Source: Felis catus
Taxonomy: Eukaryota
NCBI RefSeq assembly: GCF_018350175.1
Contig: NC_058383.1
Coordinates: forward strand, 26,786,001 to 26,850,000
DNA: 64,000 bases
Direction: 5' to 3'
The notes below the pieces were generated by a model, which saw only the letters and a program-made list of their open reading frames with translations, was not told the origin of the DNA and made no database searches. How positions within the stretch are numbered: the first letter of the stretch is position 1; each line of letters starts with the position of its first letter. The position numbers and the translations under genes are program-made. Of this stretch, positions 38,965 through 49,815 are shown one piece after another.

Positions 38965-40242
38965 AATCTTTATTTATTATTATTACTTATTTATTATTAT
39001 TATTTATCTTTAATCTTTATTATTTTAAATTCCAGTATAATAATTAATATACAGTGCTATATTAGTTTCAAGTATACAGTACAGTGATTGAACAATTCTA
39101 TGCATTGTTCAGTGCTCATCACAGTAAGTGTACTCTTAATCCCCTACACCAGTTTCACGCATTCGCCCATCCCCCCTGGCAAACACCAGTTTGTTTTCTA
39201 TATTTAAGAGTCTGTGTTGTTTGTCTCTTTTTTTTCTTTGTTCATTTCTTTTGTTTCTTAAATTCTGTATTTGATCCATTCTATATGTAGATCCATCCAT
39301 GTTGTTGCAAATGGCAAGACTCATTCTGTTCTATGAATGAGTAATATTTCATTACATATATATATATTTACCACATCGTCTTTATCCATTCATCTATGTA
39401 CAGACACTTGGATTGCTTCCATAGCTATCTGGCTATTGTGAATAATGCTGCAATAAACACAGGGGTGCATGTATCTTTTCAAATTAATGTTTTTAGTTTC
39501 TTTGGGTAAATAATAGTGGAATTTACTGGGTCATATGGTAATTCTATCTTTAATTTTTTGAGGAACCTCCTTACTGTTTTCACAGTGGATACACCAGTTT
39601 GCATTCCCACCAACAGTGCATGAGCGTTCCTTTTTCTCCACGTGTTTGCCAAACACTTGTTCTTTCTTGTTGATTATAGCCATTATGCGAGATGTCAGGT
39701 GATATCTCACTGTGGTTTTGATTTGCATTTCCCTGGTGATTGGTGATGTTGAGTATATCTCTCCATATGTCTGTTAGCCATCTGTATGTCTTCTTTGGAA
39801 AAAGTCCTGCTCATGGCTTCTGTCCATTTTTTTTTTTTTTATTTTTTTTCAACGTTTTTTTATTTATTTTGGGGACAGAGAGAGACAGAGCATGAATGGG
39901 GGAGGGGCAGAGAGAGAGGGAGACACAGAATCGGAAACAGGCTCCAGGCTCTGAGCCATCAGCCCAGAGCCTGACGTGGGGCTCGAACTCACGGACCACT
40001 AGATCGTGACCTGGCTGAAGTCGGACGCTTAACCGACTGCGCCACCCAGGCGCCCCTCTGTCCATTTTTTAATTGTATTTTTTTTGGTGTTGTTTGTGTA
40101 AGTTCTTTACATATTTTGGATATTAACCCCTTAACATACGTATCATTTACAAATACCTTTTCTCATTCAGTGGGCTTTTTGTTTTGTTGATGGTTTCTTT
40201 AACTGTGAAAAAGCTTTTTATTTTGATGTAATCCCAATAGCA
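38965..40242 (-). mobile_element. Carnivore L1 3' fragment
   Basis: ORF-track peptide MQIKTTVRYHLT...CTVGGNANW; 3'UTR motifs. Confidence 0.88.
39833..40056 (-). mobile_element. Can-SINE, youngest subfamily
   Basis: gtggcgcag head; TSD tctgtccatttttt. Confidence 0.96.
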
Positions 40243-40499
40243 AAACCCAAACTTTTAAAATAAGCAATTAGAGTATTACAATTTATTTGAAAAAAGAGAG
40301 ACCAAGAGTGTATCTTTGAATATTCAGCCCCTCTAAAAAATTTTAAATAACTTGATATACTAAACAACAGATTACTAGAGTAATCAAATTACTGGAGTAA
40401 TCAGATTACTTAAGAAAGAACAGATTACCACGGTAACAAATGATAATAAGTAAAAACTTGGCAAAATTACTAGCTAGAAATCAAACTGCCCATATTATT

Positions 40500-41344
40500 T
40501 CTTTTTTTAATTTTTTAAAATTTACATCCAAATTAGTTAGCATCTAGTGCAACAATGATTTCAGGAGTAGATTCCTTAATGCCCCTTACCCATTTAGCCC
40601 ATCCCCCCTCCCTCAACCCTTCCAGTAACCCTCAGTTTGTTCTCCATATTTATGAGTCTCTTCTGTTTTGTCCCCCTCCCTGTTTTTATATTATTTTTGT
40701 TTCCCTTCCCTTGGGTTCATCTGTTTTGTCTCTTAAAGTCCTCATATGAGTGAAGTCATATGATATTTGTTTTTCTCTGACTAATTTCGCTTAGCATGAT
40801 ACCCTCTAGTTCCATCCACATGGTTGCAAATGGCAAGATTTTATTCTTTAAAAATTTTTTGTTTAATTTTTATTTATTTTTGAGACAGAGGGAGACAGAG
40901 CACAAGTGGGGGAGGGGCAGAGAAAGAGGGAGACACAGAATCTGAAACAGGCTCCAGGCTCTGAGCTGTCAGCACAGAGCCTGATATGGGGCTTGAACCC
41001 ACGAACCATGAGACTGTGACCTGAGCCAAAGTCGGGCACTTAACCGACTGAGCCACCCAGGTGCCCCGGCAAGATTTCATTCTTTTTGATTGCTGAGTAA
41101 TACTTCATTGTATATATATACCACATTTTCTTTATCCATTCATCCATCGATGGACATTTGGGCTCTTTGCATACTTTGGATATTGTTGATAGTGCTGCTA
41201 TAAACATGGGGGTGCAGCACACCTGTGTCCCTTGGATAAATACCTAGTAGTGCAATTGCTGGGTCCTAGGGTAGTTCTATTTTCAGTTTTTTGAGAAACC
41301 TCCATACTGTTTTCCAGAGTGGTTGCACCAGCTTGCATTCCCAC
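40500..41344 (-). mobile_element. Felid L1 3' fragment
   Basis: tttacatccaaattagttagc 3' end; peptide PMFIAALSTI...EPKCPSMDEWIKKMW. Confidence 0.9.
40850..41067 (-). mobile_element. Can-SINE inside L1
   Basis: TSD ggcaagattt(t/c)attcttt. Confidence 0.95.
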
Positions 41345-42439
41345 AAAATAATTCCTGAGTTTTACGTATACCTTCCTTTTTGATTCAAAGACTATTTAGA
41401 ATGATGTTTAATTTCCAAGTATTTGGAAATTTTTCAGATGTCTTTGTTATTGATTTCTAGTTCAATCCTGTCATGTTCACAGAACATAATTTGTATCATT
41501 TCAATTTGATAAAGTTTGTTGTATAGCTCAGAATATCAGAATATCTTGTTGAATGGCCCATATGAACATGAAAAGATTCTGTTGTGGAATGGAATATTCT
41601 TTGTTAGTTACATTGACTTTGTTGATAGTTTTGTATATTCCTACTGACTGTCTTTCTACTTGTATCAATTGCGGAGAGAGAAACTGCAAAGTTTCCAAGT
41701 GCACTTGTGGATTTCTCTATTTCTCTTTTCAGTTCCTTCAGTTTTTGCCTCATGTGTTTTGAAGCTTTTCGGTTAAGTACACACACATGATTGACATACA
41801 GTTTTGAATAGTTCTGGCATTGTGTATATTTTTTAAATTCTTTTACTTTTAACCTTTCTATGTCTTTATAGGTTCCTTATGGACAGCATATATTTGTGTC
41901 TTCCTTTTTAAAATCCAATCTGTCAATCCCTGTCTCTTCATGTGTATATTTTGACCATTTACATTTAATGTCATTATTGATGTGGTTGAATTACAATACA
42001 GCCTCTGACTAGTTGGGGGTTAGTCTTGGTGTTCTGCTTTCTTTTCATTACACCAAAGTTTGTAAATTCTCAAAGTGGTCTCTGCTGAGCTGTGGCAAAC
42101 AAAAGAAGAAGGGCTTATCCCATTTTTGGAGAGTAATAGTGCTAGTGGGGTTTTTAGTGGAGGCCAGCAGTACCCAGTTCATTCCACTTTCATGTTGGTG
42201 TCAAGCAGCAGAAACAGCAATATGGCAGAATGACAAAGTGGCCAGTTAATCAACAAAGTCCCTGATGAGTGTTATCTCATTAATGCAGTGAATATACTTA
42301 TCACACTTCCAGTGTACAAATGAGAATATTGAAGCTCAGAATGACTTACAAGTGACCTGACCAAGATGATGCAGTGGCAGAGAGAAGATTTGAGCCCAGG
42401 TTTGTCAGAATCCAGTGTTTAAAATCTTAAACACTATGC

Positions 42440-42657
42440 GGGGTGCTTGGGTGTCTCAGTTGGTTGAGCATCTGACTTCAGCTCAGGTCACGATCTCGCA
42501 GTTCGTGAGTTCAAGCCCCGCGTCAGGCTCTGTGCTGACAGCTCAGAGCCTGGGACCTGCTTTGGATTCTGTGTCTCCTTCTCTCTGCCCCTTCCCTGCT
42601 CATGCTCTGTCTCTCTCTGTCTCTCAAAATATGAGTAGATGTTAAAATTTTTTTTTT
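42440..42657 (+). mobile_element. Can-SINE
   Basis: TSD aaatcttaaacactatg. Confidence 0.95.
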
Positions 42658-44142
42658 AAATCTTAAACACTATGTGAAATGGTTATAAATAAATAATTTG
42701 AAGTCATCTGCTATTGATCTCAATCCAAATCATTATCAACATGTTGGATGAAGGATGTAATGAAAATTTCAACCTTGTGAGAGTCTGTCCCTTCAAGGGA
42801 AGACAGCAAGAATTTGATATTATTTGTTTGCCTTCGTTAGAAATCCAGTCATTGACAGGAGATGAGGAAACGCAACAGAGTTGAGACTGTCAACTTGTAC
42901 TGACACTGAATTGGTCAAGGGACACACCTGCTAATTTGCCCATTTCTTGGGTTTGTAGAGAAGCAGGGTACAGATGAGTGCTTCGGCAGAGGAGGGAGTC
43001 CTTTCAATGAAGAAGTAGAGTGATTCTGACATCTGCTAAGTGGATAAGTACACTGGCTCCACCAGCTCACTGCTTTCTTCTCGTTCTACCCTGTGAAATC
43101 CCTTTTAGCCAACCCTTGATCAATTCATTAACCCCTTGCAGAAATAAATTATGGAGAAGCACGTCCAGCGCTACCTCCCAAACTCAGAAAAATCAGGCTT
43201 TTTTTCTGTTCTATGCTGTTTCCTGTCATGCATAATATAGCAAATTAATTAGTGAATCTGGCGGCATTTTGCTAATCCAATTTCTCTCCCTTGCTTGAGG
43301 TGAATTATGTTCATGCTTCAGTCACTTGAATATTACTCTTCCATGTTTGACGGAATTATGTTATCAGGTGATGATTATATTGCACACTATCTGATTCTAA
43401 TTAAACCAGAAAATAGCGACATTGTAAAAGAGGAGAATGTTCCATAGTCTACACTCCCCACCCCCTGGCCGCTACATCCCATTTTTAAAGCTTTCCGAGC
43501 TGTGCTTGGGCTGTTTTCTGACGCTTACATCGCCTTAGTCTTCTCCAGACACAATGCCTTCTTGGGCCTGCTTCATCTAATATGTAACTTGTGTAAATTG
43601 AGTCTTGGAAAGACATAATGTTTACACTTGCCTTTTTTTTTTTTCTTATCAGAAGCATGATACACAGTAGTGACTGTGATTATTTCAGATGATATCAAAG
43701 AAGAAAATGTGTTACTTTGTCAAAACCGTCCATATAACTTGGGGGGAGAAAAGTCTGTCGTCTGAGAGAAGAGAAACTCAAATTTTAGAGAGGAAGGGAG
43801 AACCAGCTTGCCAAGATGAACACAGGAAGAGATGTAATGTAGGGGTTGAGATCACAGGATTTGGGGCCTCAAGAGCTGGGTTTGAATTCTGGCTCTGTCT
43901 TCAACTGATACCATTTCTCTCTCGTTACCGCAATAATACGCGTTTAGTTAAACCAGGGTTCAGAGAGGTTAGTTGACTTGCAAAGGTCTAATGATGAGAT
44001 AAAAAGGCCAGGGCTGGGAGGAATTCTTGCACATCATATTAAATGCCATGCCCTGATTCCACCAGGGCAGAGAATGAAGGAGAGTCCGTAGAAATTCCAA
44101 TTAGAGTAGGTCATATAGAGTACGGATGAGAGTCCCTTTTCT

Positions 44143-44364
44143 TTAAAAAAAATTTTTTTTTCAACGTTTATTTATTTTTGGGACAGAGAGAGACAGAGCA
44201 TGAACGGGGGAGGGGCAGAGAGAGAGGGAGACACAGAATCGGAAACAGGCTCCAAGCTCTGAGCCATCAGCCCAGAGCCTGACGCGGGGCTCGAACTCAC
44301 AGACCGCGAGATCATGACCTGGCTGAAGTCGGACCCTTAACCGACTGCGCCACCCAGGCGCCCC
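44143..44364 (-). mobile_element. Can-SINE, youngest subfamily
   Basis: gtggcgcag head; TSD agagtcccttttct. Confidence 0.96.
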
Positions 44365-44962
44365 AAGAGTCCCTTTTCTCATGAGGGTAAAGATGTCTTT
44401 TTGTGGTAGACTACACTCAATATCCATGAACCCTTGGGATACTGATGGCGGAGAGAGGTTTCTAAAGCGTCAAGAGAACTGTGAGGTGAAATTTGCATCA
44501 TGCTGCAAGTGAAAGACACTTTGATGGTGGGCTGAAAAAAAAAATACAGCACACAACTTTTCAACTTTGAAACCCCACATGCAAGGTACATCCAGCGTGG
44601 TCTGCGGGCTTTGGTCTTTTGTCCTGTCCAACAGGTGGTTCAAAAGCTGGGAGAGCTCATTGCTGAGTGAATGGTATTTGCCCCTGTTGGGATAATACTC
44701 CTCAGTCCACGGGTCTGCTCATTTTCCAGACTGTTTTCCTTTTGGAGAAACAGACTCCCACTTTGCAATAACAAATTGTGTAATTCAGGATGAGCCCCGC
44801 TGGCTGTCCCACTGATTTTTATCTCATTCACTGAAGGCCAGTTGGCCTCAACTGCCTTGTTAGACGTCATTCCTGGCCTGTCTGCACAGTTGTAAGCCTG
44901 ACTCTGCCTGCTGGGGAAGATGATCGTCTCAGTACTTTTTGGGCCCTGCGGGAACAAAAGGG

Positions 44963-44963
<1 letters not shown>

Positions 44964-45008
<45 letters not shown>
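44964..45008. repeat. Poly-T (45 nt)
   Basis: Pure homopolymer. Confidence 0.97.
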
Positions 45009-45009
<1 letters not shown>

Positions 45010-45109
45010 TGCTGCTTGTAGGACCCAGAAAGTGGAAGAGAAAATTGTGTTTTTCTTTGCAGAATTTCTGCTGTGGGAGGAGACAAGGCCAAGCAGGAGA
45101 CACAGATAC

Positions 45110-45410
45110 TTACCATATGTTTATTGAACACCTATTGTATTCTAGGTCATATTCTGGGTGCAAGGGAGAGAGCAGTAAACAAAATGGGCAAAGTCTCTGC
45201 CCTGGGAGAATCAGGAATAGGCATGGAACATGGTGTGGTGGGAAAAGCACCGGAATTGGGTGGCTGTTTGATTCATTTGTATTCTAGTGGGGAGATTTAG
45301 ACATTAAGCAAAGTAAAAAAGGAAGGTATGTTGGAAGGTGATAAGTTCAAGGGAGATAATTAAGCAAGGGAGGGAGATAAGGAAAGCAGAGAGGGAGTGG
45401 AGGTGTTACG
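45110..45410 (-). mobile_element. L2 3' fragment
   Basis: atgtttattgaacacctattgt...aaagtctctgccc...attctagtggggaga. Confidence 0.65.
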
Positions 45411-45426
45411 CTTTAATTTCTAAATT

Positions 45427-45608
45427 AAAAAAAATTATTTGTTTTTGGGGGAGGGAAAGAGCGAGAGGGAAAGAGAGAGAGGGGGAGAGAGAGAAGACTG
45501 TCAGTGCTCAGCCTGATGCAGGGCTCAAACTCAGGAACCATGCGATCATGACCTGTGCTGAAACCAAAAGTCAGAAGCTTTAACTGACTAGGCCACCCAG
45601 AAGCCCCT
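45427..45608 (-). mobile_element. Older Can-SINE
   Basis: TSD aatttctaaatt. Confidence 0.85.
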
Positions 45609-45619
45609 GAATTTCTAAA

Positions 45620-46100
45620 TTTTTTAATTGAAGTGTAATTGACAAAGAAAGGCGTAAAATATTTAAAGGGTACATTGTAATGATTTTATATTTGTATACA
45701 TCATGAAGAGAGTTGTTGTGGAGAGCATTCAAGTTCTACTTCCTCAAATATCAATTATATACTACCCTCTTGCCAACCATAGTCGCCATGTTTTACATAA
45801 ATACTCAGACCTTATTCAGGTTATAGGTTATAGCTGCAACTTTTACCCCCTTCTCTCTGTTTCCCCCATATCTCAGCCCCCGGCAACCACTTTTTTTTTT
45901 TTTTAGTTTCCATACAGAAGTGATACTGTGTAGTTAGTTCTTGTCCTTGTCTGGCATATTTCACTCAGCATAATGCCCTCCAGATACTTCCATGTTGTTT
46001 CAATGGCAGGATTTCCTGATTTTTTTTAAAGGCTGAATAATATTCTGTGATATGTGTATACCACATTTTCTTTATCCATTCTTCCATCAGCTGATGCATA
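45620..46100 (-). mobile_element. L1MA/MB-like 3' end
   Basis: tttcactcagcataatgccctccag...ggctgaataatattc. Confidence 0.75.
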
Positions 46101-46219
46101 GGTGTTCAGGGAGGGTTCTGTTCGCACAGATATGTTCCCTTTTTGACAGTTAATTGGGCTGTACTCTTGAGATTCATGTACTTTTCTGAATGCATGTTAC
46201 ATACTTCAGCAACAGTCCA

Positions 46220-46870
46220 AGATGTACCTATGTGCAATGGAATATTATTCAGCTGTGAGAAAGAAAATCTTGACATTTGCAACCAACATGGCTGAAACTT
46301 GAGGGCATTATGGTGAGATAAGTCAGATAGAGAAAGACAAGTGCTGTACGTGGAATGTGAAAAAGCCTAAATAGAGTAGAATGGTGGTTACCAGGCACTG
46401 GGGGTTACGGGAATTGGGGATGTGTTTAAGGGTACAAACTTGCAACTAGTGAGTAAATAAGTGCTGGAAATCGAATGCATCGCATAGCAATTAGAGTCAA
46501 CAATACTGTATTATAGGGGCGCCTGGGTGGTTATATCATTGAAGCGTCTGACTTCGGCTCAGGTCATGATCTCACGGTTCGTGGGTTTGAGCCCCACATG
46601 GGGCTCTGTGCTGACAGCTCAGAGCCTGGAGCCTGCTTTGGTTTCTGTGTCTCCCTCTCTCTCTGCCCCTCCCCTGCTCTCTCTCTCCAAAACAAACATT
46701 TTTTAAAAAAATACTGTATTACAGACTTCAAAGTTGCTAACAGACTAGCTCTTAATAGTTCTCACCACAAAAAAGAAATAACTATGTGAGACGGTGTAAC
46801 AATATATATGTATCAGATTAACATGGTGTAAGCCTCAAACCTACATAGTATTATATGTCAATTATGTCTT
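46220..46870 (+). mobile_element. L1MA/MB-like 3' end
   Basis: aatggaatattattcagc...gagataagtcagatagagaaagacaag...ttctcaccacaaaaaa. Confidence 0.75.
46516..46709 (+). mobile_element. Can-SINE
   Basis: TSD aatactgtatta. Confidence 0.93.
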
Positions 46871-46980
46871 TATTTATTATTATTTTTTTTAATGCTGGAA
46901 GGAATAAAAGTTGGAAAGAAACAAGTTAACTCATTGAGTTTAGGATAAAGCAGGGACAAAAGACCTCTTTGTCTTTAAAA

Positions 46981-47217
46981 GAGTGGTTCTCAACCAACGG
47001 AGATTTTGTCCTCCTTCTTACCTCCTCCCTTCCCATTCTCCACCGGAACGTTGGGCAATGCCTGGAGACACTGTGGCTTGTCACATCTTGGGGGATGCTG
47101 CTGGCCTCAAGTGGGTGAAGGCCAGGGTGCTCCCAAGCATCCTACAGTGATCAGACAGCTCGCACAATAAAACTATCCAGCCCTGAAGGCCAGTAGTTCT
47201 GAGGTTGAGAAACCCTG
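46981..47217 (+). mobile_element. Full-length MER20 hAT DNA transposon
   Basis: Termini agtggttctcaacc and ggttgagaaaccctg; perfect 8-bp TSD ctttaaaa. Confidence 0.9.
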
Positions 47218-48084
47218 CTTTAAAAGAACCCATCTGAGAAACTTCAGGATCATTTGAACATTAATTTCATCCACCACAGCCTTTGCTGACACAGAGGGCC
47301 TTATTTACTGGATTCGGACAATGTTTCCCCTCCCAGGAGGGGCGTCTGAGAGTAAGAGCGAATTTCATTTGCTCCCTTGTAAATCTCTGAAATGAAAAAC
47401 AGGTCTCAATATTCCTCTCTCTCTCTCTCCCAGTCTTTGAAGCTCTCTGAAGAGGGCCACGGCAGTTAGCGCACAACAAATTCCCCAGACGTATTTAAAT
47501 GTCATTTCAGGGCTGGGACTAGGGCATGAATATTTAAGATGTAAATTGTTTGGGTCGTGCCTAAATCTTTTATGGATTTTACTGGATGAGAAAAATGAGT
47601 CACTACTTTTTGATAAAGTTCGCTTTCCCTCCATATTATTAACAAACCCAGCCAAGTGAACCAGACTGCGTCTGCCAGAGAGAATAGGGATGCTTGTTTG
47701 GGGGACAATATTAGATTCTGTTCCGTTCCCAGCATGCCATATTTATGGTTCAAAAACCAAAGAACAGGTAGGAAATTTGTCCTAGGATAATGTGTCCTTG
47801 CTCGCAAAAGCATTGTTGCGTTACCAAATGCATCCAGGATGGGGGTGGTGGCGGGGGATAAGGTGGGAAGTGGGCTGGTGGGGGTGTTGGTGGATGTGTG
47901 GATGGGAGTGGAAGTGAAATTGAATAATCTAATCCTGGGTGGAGAATTAGTTGTTTATATAGCGATATTGAAATTATCAGGCCCTAACTCGAGAGATTAA
48001 TCCTTTCCCATTCACCAATTTGAATTCCAAGGGCTGGGTATATATCACAGGCGAAAGAAAAGGTATAAATGAGGGGGTGGGAAG

Positions 48085-48175
48085 ACAGAGAGAGAGAGAG
48101 AGAGAGACAGAAAGAGAGAGAGGCAGGGAGAGAGAAAGGGAAGGATCTGGTGGGGGAGGGTGGGGGAGAGAGAGA
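48085..48175. repeat. (GA)n / purine-rich tract
   Basis: Direct inspection. Confidence 0.85.
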
Positions 48176-49119
48176 AATATTGAATAATTTTAAATTCTAT
48201 AGACTCCAGAAAGAATATCTATTTTAATCTTTCTGGAAGAAATTATGCCTCCTACATCTCACTCCCAACCCCTACCCAGAAATTAATTTTGAATGTTAAT
48301 ATGAAAGCAACCTCTCTCTTCTTTGAATGCCGCTTTTGATTTTGACAGGGTATCTACAAGGCTGTTATTAGACAAATTTTCATTAACTAATAAGCTAGTT
48401 CTTGGGCAAAACATGAAATTTTTGTCATCTCATGTGAAAATTGAAAAAAGCCATAATTAGGAAGAAAATCACTAATTGTAAGGCACAAAATTTGTTTGCT
48501 AAGAATAGTCATTAAGGGGCAATGAAAGCATTAGCAACTTCAGTATCAGAAAACTATTAAAATGCAAGTACGATTGAGGTATTTGCCCAGAGACATAATA
48601 ATGGCTTTGCATTTACAGGTCTATAATTGTGGTTGATTTGAGGTGTTGTTGATACTTTGTGAGGAATAATATACAGGGGGCCTACATACTTAAAAGTACC
48701 ATAGCTTTGGCCTTCCAAATTACAGACTCAAGTTTTAATTTCTAGAGAACATTACCATCGGGAGAGTTACTCAACTATACTGTCAATGCTGTTATTGCTT
48801 TAGGATTGTGATGAATTGGGAAAAACCAGGACAAAGAGTAATGTTTCTGTGGCTCAGACAGTTCATGAAACCAGTTTTGCATGCAAAGTGCCCAGGGTCT
48901 GGTATCAATGTGGAGTTGGCGCATCGCTGTGTGATATATTTACCTTCTTAAGAATAACTTATTATTTTTGCTTTCTGACAAATACACTTTTGGGGGGCAA
49001 GTTTAGAAAATGCAGAAACTCGTGATGAAGGGGTTTTAATTTCTTCTTAATTCTATCAGCCAAAGAGCCAGTGTGAACATTTTGGTGTATTTGCTTTCTC
49101 TCCTTTTTCTGGCATTTTA

Positions 49120-49512
49120 TTTACATATTTATTATTTGAGGGGTGGGGGAGAGACAATCCTAAGCAGGCTCCATGCTCACTGTGGAGCCCGTCACAGGGC
49201 TCGATCCTGCAACTCTGGGATCGTGACCTGAGCCAAAATCAAAAATCAGACACTAGGGGTGCCTGGGTGGCTCAGTAGGTTAAGCATCCGACTTCTGCTC
49301 AGGTCAAGATCTCGTGGTTCGTGAGTTTGGGCCCACATCGGACTCTGTGCTGATAGCTTAGAACCTGGGGCCTGCTTCAGATTCTCTGTCTCCCTCTCTC
49401 TCTCTGCCCCTCCCTGGCTCACACTCGGTCTCTCAAAAATGAATAAACATTAAAGAAAAAATTTTAAATAAAAGAGTTGGACACTCAACAGACTGAACCA
49501 CCTAGACACCCT
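49120..49512 (-). mobile_element. Older Can-SINE split by an opposite-strand SINE
   Basis: Body 49120-49255, head 49471-49512. Confidence 0.85.
49256..49470 (+). mobile_element. Can-SINE nested in a SINE
   Basis: Full-length; degenerate duplication ending gacact. Confidence 0.93.
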
Positions 49513-49528
49513 CTTTTCTTGCATTTTA

Positions 49529-49755
49529 TTTTTTTTTTAATTTTTTTCAACGTTTTTTATTTATTTTTGGGACAGAGAGAAACAGAGCATGAACGGGGGA
49601 GGGGCAGAGAGAGAGAAGGAGACACAGCATCGGAAACAGGCTCCAGGCTCCGAGCCATCAGCCCAGAGCCTGACGCGGGGCTCGAACTCACGGACCGTGA
49701 GATCGTGACCTGGCTGAAGTCGGACGCTTAACCGACTGCGCCACCCAGGCGCCCC
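49529..49755 (-). mobile_element. Can-SINE, youngest subfamily
   Basis: TSD ttttcttgcatttta. Confidence 0.96.
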
Positions 49756-49815
49756 TTTTCTTGCATTTTAAACTCTTTATTGAAACATAGCACTCATATG
49801 ATAAAGTACATAAAT

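Larger units (their letters stand above)
35270..41995 (-). mobile_element. Long decayed old L1M scaffold hosting many younger insertions
   Basis: ORF-track peptide VGGLKVPDFKTYYKATVIKT; 3'UTR-to-ORF2 motifs largely collinear and resuming after the insertions. Confidence 0.75.

Noticed and set aside
44640..45131. 163-aa poly-Lys ORF or processed pseudogene
   Set aside because: The Lys run is the T45 tract; no poly(A) signal, TSD or recognisable protein
45620..46870. Inverted L1 pair as a twin-priming product
   Set aside because: Both arms cover overlapping 3'UTR sequence and are diverged from each other, which fits two independent insertions
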